DNA from: an uncultured Alphaproteobacteria bacterium
GTDB taxonomy: Bacteria > Pseudomonadota > Alphaproteobacteria > Rs-D84
Length of the DNA stretch: 64,000 nt
Direction: 5' to 3'
NCBI GenBank assembly: GCA_944389185.1
Contig: CALXLL010000001.1
Coordinates: 24,061-88,060, forward strand
The notes beneath the pieces are model-generated. The model searched no databases. It had not been told where the DNA came from and saw only the letters and a list, made by a program, of their open reading frames with translations. This document shows positions 57,135 through 64,000 of the stretch, in pieces. The translations under genes were made by a program, and so were the position numbers. Numbering within the stretch: position 1 is the first letter of the stretch; each line of letters opens with the position of its first letter.

Positions 57135-58895
57135 GTGAAAAAAGTTGTAGATAAGTCTATGCTTGGAAAAGTATGGACGGTGGCTGGGTATGATGACGAT
57201 TCGTTTTTGGCTGGGCAGGAAGATTTAGTAACCAAAATACTTTGGGCTCGTGGTATTAAGGGTGATGACCAGATACAAAAGTTTTTAAATCCAACCATAA
57301 AAGAATATATGCCGGATCCGTCTTGTTTAAAAGATATGGATATTGCCGCAAAATTAATCGCAGGTTCTATTTTAAATAAAGAAAAAATAGCTGTTTATGG
57401 TGATTATGACGTTGATGGAATTACCTCTACCGCGATTTTCGTAAAGTATTTGAAAGAATTGGGTTGTGACGTTGTTTGGCACTTACCTACTAGGGAAGGT
57501 GAAGGGTATGGTTTGAATATTCAAGCTTTACAAGATATTGTGAATCAACAAGTAAATCTGGTTATTACTGTGGATTGTGGCATAAGCGGGCAAAAAGAAA
57601 TAGATTTTGCTAAATCAAATGGTTTAAAGGTAGTAGTTACAGATCATCATTCCCCAGATTCAACGCTTCCAAATGCCGATGCCGTTGTTAACCCTAAAAG
57701 AAAAGATGACGATTCCGGTTTAGATTATTTGGCTGGCGTGGGAGTTGCTTTTTTGACTTTGGTCGCTGTAAACCGAGAATTGAAAAAATTATCACAAGAT
57801 AAAAATCTGCAAGAAAAATTAAACAAAATTAATTTATTAAATTATTTGGACTTGGTGGCTTTGGGGACTATTTGTGACACTATGCCATTAATAGGACTAA
57901 ATAGGGCTTTGGTTGCAACTGGTTTAAAAGTTTTGTCTTTGCAACAAAATCTTGGATTGAAAACTTTAATGAAAATAGCCGGTATAAGAAAACCTTCGGT
58001 ATATGCTGCAGGATTTGGTTTGGGGCCAAGATTAAACGCTGCGGGCAGATTGGATTCTGCGTCACCTGCGTTGGAATTATTGCTGACAGATAACCCTTTG
58101 ATAGCCAATGATTTAGCAAATAAATTACATAAGATGAACCAAGAAAGAATAGATATTCAAAACGCTATTATGTTGTCAGCAGGTGAAAAAGCAAAGTGCT
58201 GTTGCGATTCCGGTAAATGCAGTTTATTCATTTGTGGTGATAACTGGCATGGTGGGGTTATGGGAATAATTGCAGGTAGGCTGAAAGATAAATATAATAT
58301 GCCTGCTTGTGTCGCAACAAGATGCGATGGAATAATAAATGGTTCAGGACGTTCCATACCAGAAATTGATTTAGGTAAAATTATACATGATGCTTTGGCT
58401 GCGGGGGTTTTATCAGAAGGTGGCGGTCATGCGGCGGCGGCAGGTTTTTCTTTAAGTGCCGACAAAGAAGAGGAGTTTTGTCGCTTTCTAGAAAAAGCTG
58501 TTATAGAGCAATTACACGGTGAAAAACCAAAATTAGAAATTGTTGCAGATGCAGAATTGGATGCAGCCGGTGCAAATATCGATTTGATAAAAAAAATATT
58601 GGTTTTGGAACCTTTTGGACAGGGAAATCCAGAACCTACGTTGATTTTATATGGGGCTTGTTTACACCATGCTATGGTAATGGGAAATGGAGCGCATCTG
58701 CGCGGAACCGTGACAATAAGTGCCGGTAATCAATTGTCGTTTGTTGGATTTAATTTAGTCGGAACGCCCGTAGGTGATTTTTTACTGGACGATGCTAACA
58801 CAAATACTAAAATAATGATGTTGGGCAAATTGAAAGAAAATGAGTATAATGGAAGAATAAGCGCTCAGTTCGTGTTGGAAGATATAGCTAAATAA
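57135..58895 (+). CDS. recJ: Single-stranded DNA exonuclease RecJ
   Basis: GDYDVDG, TVDCG, TDHH, PRLNAAGRL, GSGRS, GGHAAAAG, EPFGQGNPEP. Confidence 0.97.
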   Translation: MKKVVDKSMLGKVWTVAGYDDDSFLAGQEDLVTKILWARGIKGDDQIQKFLNPTIKEYMPDPSCLKDMDIAAKLIAGSILNKEKIAVYGDYDVDGITSTAIFVKYLKELGCDVVWHLPTREGEGYGLNIQALQDIVNQQVNLVITVDCGISGQKEIDFAKSNGLKVVVTDHHSPDSTLPNADAVVNPKRKDDDSGLDYLAGVGVAFLTLVAVNRELKKLSQDKNLQEKLNKINLLNYLDLVALGTICDTMPLIGLNRALVATGLKVLSLQQNLGLKTLMKIAGIRKPSVYAAGFGLGPRLNAAGRLDSASPALELLLTDNPLIANDLANKLHKMNQERIDIQNAIMLSAGEKAKCCCDSGKCSLFICGDNWHGGVMGIIAGRLKDKYNMPACVATRCDGIINGSGRSIPEIDLGKIIHDALAAGVLSEGGGHAAAAGFSLSADKEEEFCRFLEKAVIEQLHGEKPKLEIVADAELDAAGANIDLIKKILVLEPFGQGNPEPTLILYGACLHHAMVMGNGAHLRGTVTISAGNQLSFVGFNLVGTPVGDFLLDDANTNTKIMMLGKLKENEYNGRISAQFVLEDIAK

Positions 58896-58904
58896 GGGCC
58901 TTGC

Positions 58905-59855
58905 ATGGCAAGTAAAATAGACGTCTTTATAGATAAAATAAAAAAATCTAAAAGCATACTTATAGTAGGACATAAAAATCCTGACGGGGATTCTTTATGC
59001 TCGGTTTTGGCTTTGGCAGGTATAATAAAGCAGAACTTTGGTAAAGAACCCGTTTGTTTGTATGACGGTAATATACCTGATTATTTAGATAAAGTTCCGT
59101 ATCGTGATGATATAATTTTTTGCGAACATTTTAATTTATCCGTTCGCTTTGATTTGGCTATTGTTTTAGATTTTGGAACAGTGGCGCATATAGGTGGGGC
59201 TTTGCCGTTAGTAAAAAACTCCGCTTTTAGAATTGAAATAGATCATCATAAAAACTTCGATCATATCGGTGATTTGTGTATAAATAAAGAAACTGCTTCT
59301 TCTGTTGGTGAAGTGTTATATGAAATAGCAAAGTCAAAAGATTTAATATATGATAAAGATGTGGCAGAACTTATAACGGTATCCATTTTAACTGATACGG
59401 GTAATTTTAAATATTGTCAAACTGGTAAAGCTTTAAGAATAGTTGCAGATTTAGTTGATAAAGGTATTTATATAAAAAATATTACCGATAAACTAAATAA
59501 TAAACCTTGGAAAACTGTGAAAACAGAAGCTGCAGTGGTTGCAAAGACAGAGTTCTTTTATGATAGAAAACTTGCTGTGGCAATCGTTGATGCCAAAGAT
59601 TATAAAAATCTTGATGGCCGAGGCGATATAATTCTTGGCTTGTTAGAGCAAACAAAAGGCATCGAATATATAGTTTTATTAAAACAACAGAAAATCAATC
59701 AGATTGGTATATCTTTCAGAAGTAGAGAAAAAAGTATTTTACATATAGCTGAATCTTTCGGTGGCGGTGGGCACCCTTGCGCAGCTGGGGCGGTTGCTTT
59801 TGATAGCCTTGAAAACGTGAAAAAACAAGTTATAAAAGCTTTTAAGGGGCAATAA
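58905..59855 (+). CDS. DHH/DHHA1 phosphoesterase (NrnA-like)
   Basis: HKNPDGD, IDHH, TDTGNF, SFRS, GGGGH..AAG. Confidence 0.92.
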   Translation: MASKIDVFIDKIKKSKSILIVGHKNPDGDSLCSVLALAGIIKQNFGKEPVCLYDGNIPDYLDKVPYRDDIIFCEHFNLSVRFDLAIVLDFGTVAHIGGALPLVKNSAFRIEIDHHKNFDHIGDLCINKETASSVGEVLYEIAKSKDLIYDKDVAELITVSILTDTGNFKYCQTGKALRIVADLVDKGIYIKNITDKLNNKPWKTVKTEAAVVAKTEFFYDRKLAVAIVDAKDYKNLDGRGDIILGLLEQTKGIEYIVLLKQQKINQIGISFRSREKSILHIAESFGGGGHPCAAGAVAFDSLENVKKQVIKAFKGQ

Positions 59856-59856
59856 T

Positions 59857-60474
59857 ATGAAAAAAATATTTATCGCAGTTTTTTCTTTGTTCACTTTTGT
59901 TTGTTCCGCTGGGGCAGAAGTAGATAAAAGTCTTATTTCCTTGGCAGAAAATTATTTAAATTCTATTACTGGTTTAACTGGCGGTTTTATTCAAACCGCT
60001 AATGGTAAGCAGGAAAAAGGAACTTTTTCTATGCTAAGACCCGGAAAGGTTAGGTTAGATTATGATAATATGCCAGTTCAACTAATTTCTGACGGTAAAG
60101 ATTTATATTTTTTCGATAGATCCTTGGATCAAATCACAACTGTTCCTTTAACAAGCACGCCGGCAGGAATACTGGTAAGGAAAAATATAGATTTACAAAA
60201 CGCAGATATAAACGTTATTGAAACTGGAAAAGATAAGAATACATTTTCTTTGAAACTGAATTTAAAGGGACAAGAAGGACTGGGTAATATGACCGTTGTA
60301 TTTGATTATAATCCAGTAAAGTTAAATTCGTGGAGCGTTACAGATGCAACAGGGGCAAAAACTGATGTGGTTTTCCAAAACTTAAAAGAAAAAACTAACT
60401 TCGATAAAAATTATTTTCAAATTCAAAGACATAAAACAATAAGCACAAGCGGCGGCGATTCGTTTTATGATTAA
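59857..60474 (+). CDS. lolA: Outer-membrane lipoprotein carrier LolA
   Basis: Signal peptide, FIQ, RPGKVRLDY, ISDG, PL.STP. Confidence 0.88.
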   Translation: MKKIFIAVFSLFTFVCSAGAEVDKSLISLAENYLNSITGLTGGFIQTANGKQEKGTFSMLRPGKVRLDYDNMPVQLISDGKDLYFFDRSLDQITTVPLTSTPAGILVRKNIDLQNADINVIETGKDKNTFSLKLNLKGQEGLGNMTVVFDYNPVKLNSWSVTDATGAKTDVVFQNLKEKTNFDKNYFQIQRHKTISTSGGDSFYD

Positions 60475-60479
60475 ATAAA

Positions 60480-60770
60480 ATGTTTGGTATAAGTTGGACA
60501 GAGTTTTTAGTTATCGTATTGGTTGCTGTGCTGGTAATCCCAGCAAAGCATTGGCCTGATGTCGCCAGGTTTTTGGCGGGACTTGTTAATTTTATAAGAA
60601 GTCTTTTATGGAAAATAACGGACGCATCCGAAAAAATAAAACAACAAATTGATTTAGAAAAGCCGATAGATGAATTAGTCAGAACTACAACAGAAGATGT
60701 TTTAAAAGATTTTTCTAGCCCTATAAAAAAAGTAAAAGTCAAAGCCGTAAAGAAAAAGGCTAAAAAATGA
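60480..60770 (+). CDS. tatB: Twin-arginine translocase TatB
   Basis: MFGISWTEFLVIVLVAVLVIP; directly upstream of tatC. Confidence 0.85.
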   Translation: MFGISWTEFLVIVLVAVLVIPAKHWPDVARFLAGLVNFIRSLLWKITDASEKIKQQIDLEKPIDELVRTTTEDVLKDFSSPIKKVKVKAVKKKAKK

Positions 60771-61483
60771 AAGAGATGACGCTTATGCAACATTTCGGTG
60801 AACTTCGTAGGCGCATATTATGGGTCTTGTTGTTTTTTGTTGCTGCTTTGTGCTTTGGATGGTGTATCTCGCCTTTTTTGCAGACTTTTTTAACAGAGCC
60901 TTTATTAAATATATGGAAAGAAGGTGAATTACTATACAGTAATTTATCAGATGGTTTAATGATTCGTTTTTCTTTGTCTGTATTATTTGCTTTGGTCGTT
61001 ATAATACCAATCGTTTTATGGCATATATGGGCTTTTGTTGCACCGGGGTTGCGTAAAAATGAAAAAAAATTGATATGGCCGATTTTGGTTATGTCTCCTA
61101 TATTATTTGCTTTGGGTGCGGCGTTTGCCTTTTATTTATTGCTGCCTTTCGTATTTAAGTTTTTTATAGATTTAAACCAGACTTCGCCAGTTCCGGCAGT
61201 TATGTTGCCAATAGCAAAAGACTATCTGGGGTTTGCTATTGGTATGCTTAAAGTTTTCGGCGTGGCTTTTCAATTACCTTTGGTATTGGTCTTATTGAAT
61301 AGAATAGGGGTTTTATCAAAATATAGAGCCGTTAAATTACGTCGATATGCAATCGTGTTTATCGTAATTATAGCCGCTGTTTTAACGCCACCTGATGTTG
61401 TGTCTCAGATAATTCTGGCGCTGCCTATGTGGGCTTTATTTGAAATAAGCTTGTTGTTTATGAAAGACGATAAGAATATCTAG
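60767..61483 (+). CDS. tatC: Twin-arginine translocase TatC
   Basis: HFGELRRR, WAFVAPGL..NE, FGVAFQLP, LTPPDVVSQ. Confidence 0.96.
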   Translation: MKEMTLMQHFGELRRRILWVLLFFVAALCFGWCISPFLQTFLTEPLLNIWKEGELLYSNLSDGLMIRFSLSVLFALVVIIPIVLWHIWAFVAPGLRKNEKKLIWPILVMSPILFALGAAFAFYLLLPFVFKFFIDLNQTSPVPAVMLPIAKDYLGFAIGMLKVFGVAFQLPLVLVLLNRIGVLSKYRAVKLRRYAIVFIVIIAAVLTPPDVVSQIILALPMWALFEISLLFMKDDKNI

Positions 61484-61519
61484 ATTTATTTATATCTATT
61501 TTTATGTTATAATAAGTCT

Positions 61520-62818
61520 GTGAAAAAAATCATTTGTTTTTTTTGCTTTATGGCTTTAATTGGACTGACAGGGTGTGATTTACAACCTAAAATTGTTTCT
61601 TTACCCGATTCGGTCGGTGCTTTCATAGCACAACGATATCCTGCTTTGCTGGCAGACCCAGAAGCTGAACCAGAAATATATAATTCTGCTGCAATAGACT
61701 ATGGCGTTTACGCATCACCCGATTTATACGGTTCCGAATCTAACCAAGATTATGTTTTATATGCAAGCGTTGATGATTATATTGTCCCACCGCAAGAAAA
61801 TCAAAATATGTATGGCGATTTACCCGCAGATAAGGGACAAGATATAATTATTACTGATGCTGATAATAATATTGAACCTTTTCAGGATGATTATCTGGTG
61901 GTGCCGGCAAGAACCGTTATATCAAGTAAAGATGAAATCACTGTTGTCGCAGGTGATACATTATATTCTTTGGCGCAAAGATACGGTATGACAGTAGAAG
62001 AGCTTGCACAACTAAATAACTTATCTTTGCCATATACTTTGTCTGTCGGGCAGAAATTACAAGTTTGGAAAAAATCTGTTCCAGAAGATGCAATATTATA
62101 CGGAACAGACAAAACTAATGATAAAACCATAGTCGGAAATGCCACTACAACTAAAGTTGCATTGAAAGAAATTACAGTTAATGCGGGTGATACTTTATAC
62201 TCATTGTCCAGGGCTTATTCTATACCAGTAAATGATTTGGCTGTTATGAATAATTTGGCTGCGCCTTTTACTTTGTCTGTCGGGCAAAAATTGAAAGTTC
62301 CTAATCTGGCCGCAAAAGATATAAGAGTTGCTAGTTCCGTTGTATCAAATAATACACCTGTTAAAACAACAACTAGTCCGCAGGAAAAGAAAAAAATATC
62401 TTCTGACCCAAATAAAAAGCTACCAAAATTATCGGCAAGATCTTCTTCTAAGTTTTCCTGGCCGGTAAAAGGTAAAATATTGTCTAATTATGGTGCTAAA
62501 AGTGGCGGGTTATTTAATGACGGGATAAATATTGGTGCCGCAAAAGGAACTGCTGTAAAATCTGCAGAAAATGGTGTTGTCGCATATGCAGGAAATGAGG
62601 TTAAAGGTATGGGTAATTTAATAATTATTCAGCATTCTGGTGGGTGGATGACCGTATATGCACATATGGATTCTATGATCGTTCGTCGTGGAACAAAAGT
62701 AAATGTTGGGCAACAAATAGGAACAGTTGGTGAAACAGGAAAGGTGGATGAACCGCAATTGCATTTTGAAATAAGGAAAGGAACCAAAGCGTATAATCCG
62801 TCTTCTTATTTAAAATAA
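61520..62818 (+). CDS. LysM + M23 domain lipoprotein (NlpD/DipM-like)
   Basis: Lipobox LTGC, two LysM (GDTLYSL), degenerate M23 (NDGINI, YAH, QLHFEIR). Confidence 0.9.
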   Translation: MKKIICFFCFMALIGLTGCDLQPKIVSLPDSVGAFIAQRYPALLADPEAEPEIYNSAAIDYGVYASPDLYGSESNQDYVLYASVDDYIVPPQENQNMYGDLPADKGQDIIITDADNNIEPFQDDYLVVPARTVISSKDEITVVAGDTLYSLAQRYGMTVEELAQLNNLSLPYTLSVGQKLQVWKKSVPEDAILYGTDKTNDKTIVGNATTTKVALKEITVNAGDTLYSLSRAYSIPVNDLAVMNNLAAPFTLSVGQKLKVPNLAAKDIRVASSVVSNNTPVKTTTSPQEKKKISSDPNKKLPKLSARSSSKFSWPVKGKILSNYGAKSGGLFNDGINIGAAKGTAVKSAENGVVAYAGNEVKGMGNLIIIQHSGGWMTVYAHMDSMIVRRGTKVNVGQQIGTVGETGKVDEPQLHFEIRKGTKAYNPSSYLK

Positions 62819-62828
62819 TAACTTATAA

Positions 62829-62853
62829 AAAAGGCCGATGAAATCAGCCTTTA
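62829..62853. terminator. Probable bidirectional terminator
   Basis: AAAGGC.GAT/ATC.GCCTTT imperfect stem between the LysM-M23 gene and the tRNA. Confidence 0.55.
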
Positions 62854-62859
62854 ATTTAT

Positions 62860-62935
62860 TGGTGGGCGCGCAGGGATTCGAACCCTGGACCCACTGATTA
62901 AGAGTCAGTTGCTCTACCAACTGAGCTACGCACCC
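62860..62935 (-). tRNA. tRNA-Lys (CTT)
   Basis: GGGTGCGTAGCTCAGTTGGTAGAGCAACTGACTCTTAATCAGTGGGTCCAGGGTTCGAATCCCTGCGCGCCCACCA; 76 nt, anticodon CTT, encoded CCA. Confidence 0.97.
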
Positions 62936-62976
62936 ATGGGTCTTTTATTAAGGTATCTTTTTTATAAGACTTGCAA

Positions 62977-63004
62977 ATTATAGACTTTTTTTTAATAAAT
63001 GCAA
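62977..63004 (-). promoter_or_regulatory. Probable promoter of tRNA-Lys
   Basis: TTGCAT, 16 nt, TATAAT on the minus strand. Confidence 0.6.
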
Positions 63005-63140
63005 GTTTTTATCTGAATGCTTTTAAGACAGTTTTCTTATTTCGTGCACAGGGATCCATACCTATGCAATTTTTAATATCTGTTTGATAAAATCATATTG
63101 TTGACATGAATAAACAACCGCAAACTTAAAAGGAGAAGAA

Positions 63141-63755
63141 ATGAAAAAAATAGTTGTATCAGCTTTAGCTTTGGTAGTTGCTTGCCCAGCTTTTGCAGGT
63201 AATGGAACGAAACATGAAAAACCAACTGTATGGAATATGTGGAACTTGGATACTTATATGTCAGTAGGTATCGGTGCTAGTTATATTAACTTAAATTATA
63301 ATTATGCTGATACCAAAGAAAGCTTGACAGATATGATTTATCAAGGTCACGTGGCTTTCGGTGCAGAGGTTAATAAAACGCTTAGAATGGAATTAGAACT
63401 GTCCATGTTCAGCGAATTAAAAGATAATGCCGATTTCGGAGCTGTTAAAGACGTAGAAGTTAAATCTCAGATGACTAACTTGTTGTTCAATACGTATATG
63501 GAATTCGGGCACTTCCATACAATTAGACCTTTCGTAGGTTTGGGTGCTGGTGTTGCATTTACTGATATTTCACATACTGTTGCAGGTTATGAAGAAGGTA
63601 AAAGCTCTACAAAGTTCGCAGCAATGGGCGCCTTGGGCTTGACTTTTGATATGCAAAGATACGCAATTGATGTTGCAGCAAGATATAATTATGTAGACGT
63701 TCAGTCCGGTTTACATGATTTCGGCGGTGATATCGGTATCAGATTTATGTTCTAA
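63141..63755 (+). CDS. Small outer-membrane beta-barrel protein (opacity/OmpA-like membrane domain)
   Basis: Signal peptide AFA, LRMELE, RPFVGLGAGVA, DVAARYNY, C-terminal GIRFMF. Confidence 0.85.
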   Translation: MKKIVVSALALVVACPAFAGNGTKHEKPTVWNMWNLDTYMSVGIGASYINLNYNYADTKESLTDMIYQGHVAFGAEVNKTLRMELELSMFSELKDNADFGAVKDVEVKSQMTNLLFNTYMEFGHFHTIRPFVGLGAGVAFTDISHTVAGYEEGKSSTKFAAMGALGLTFDMQRYAIDVAARYNYVDVQSGLHDFGGDIGIRFMF

Positions 63756-63764
63756 ATATTATTT

Positions 63765-63790
63765 ATATCCCATCTTTACGATGGGATATA
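63765..63790 (+). terminator. Hairpin / probable terminator
   Basis: ATATCCCATC-TTTAC-GATGGGATAT. Confidence 0.6.
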
Positions 63791-63825
63791 TCACTTGATT
63801 TTATGCTTGTTTGAAGGAGATAAAT

Positions 63826-64000
63826 ATGAAAAAAATATTTAAAAAATCATTAATGTTAGCCTCTTTGTTCGGTATAGCTTTTGCTTTATCTGGCTGTATG
63901 TCAGGGCCAAAACATCATAAGCAACAACCTGGTTGGCAACAGCAAAATACAGAAACGTTCGTTTTCGTGGAAACTGTAGAGGAAATGGACGTTAATAAAG
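63826..64000 (+). CDS. Lipoprotein, partial (runs off the window)
   Basis: AAGGAG RBS; MKKIFKKSLMLASLFGIAFALSGC lipobox. Confidence 0.75.
   Translation, partial: MKKIFKKSLMLASLFGIAFALSGCMSGPKHHKQQPGWQQQNTETFVFVETVEEMDVNK

Noticed and set aside
61935-62300. Internal repeat (GGTGATAC...TTTGTCTGTCGGGCA)
   Set aside because: Explained by the two LysM domains
62440-62818. M23 domain lacking zinc ligands
   Set aside because: Normal for NlpD/DipM/EnvC-type activators
62860-64000. tRNA-Lys as an island integration site
   Set aside because: No integrase and no duplicated tRNA 3' end seen in the window
1-64000. CRISPR arrays, IS elements, prophage genes, rRNA, and the many short antisense ORFs in the track
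   Set aside because: No repeat-spacer arrays, transposases or phage structural genes seen; the antisense ORFs are shadows of well-supported genes

Overview
AT-rich, gene-dense chromosomal segment of a reduced-genome alphaproteobacterium. The assignment rests on a MucR/Ros regulator, alpha-type AddB, DksA and J-domain protein, and the secB/mltA/DUF721 neighbourhood. It is mostly housekeeping genes in strongly shuffled order: DNA repair and segregation (addB, xth, ruvA, ruvC, recA, mutL, rarA, recJ, xerD, ftsK), translation (mnmE, typA, serS, gltX, thrS, trmB, tRNA-Lys), protein export (secB, yajC-secDF, tatA, tatBC, lolA, lnt), cell envelope and division, and Suf genes. A six-gene surface-glycan cluster lies between recA and typA. 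No IS, prophage or CRISPR array was seen. The best candidate for an undescribed system is a pair of parallel, unannotated leader peptides in front of two aminoacyl-tRNA synthetase genes: MWLKTSFFNKSSSPFGE before serS and MNYFCKIFFITNTTTPLGV before thrS. Each starts just after a sigma70-like promoter and has three consecutive cognate codons running directly into a CCCC-TTT-GGGG hairpin, suggesting a compact ribosome-stalling attenuator. Other notable items: a YbeY-Lnt fusion, a membrane-anchored lysozyme-like/TPR protein, an operon with a degenerate HNH-toxin-like gene next to a SUKH-like gene, a pseudo-catalytic S41 protease, and apparently xenologous SerRS and GluRS. All family calls come from motif recognition by eye; no searches were run.
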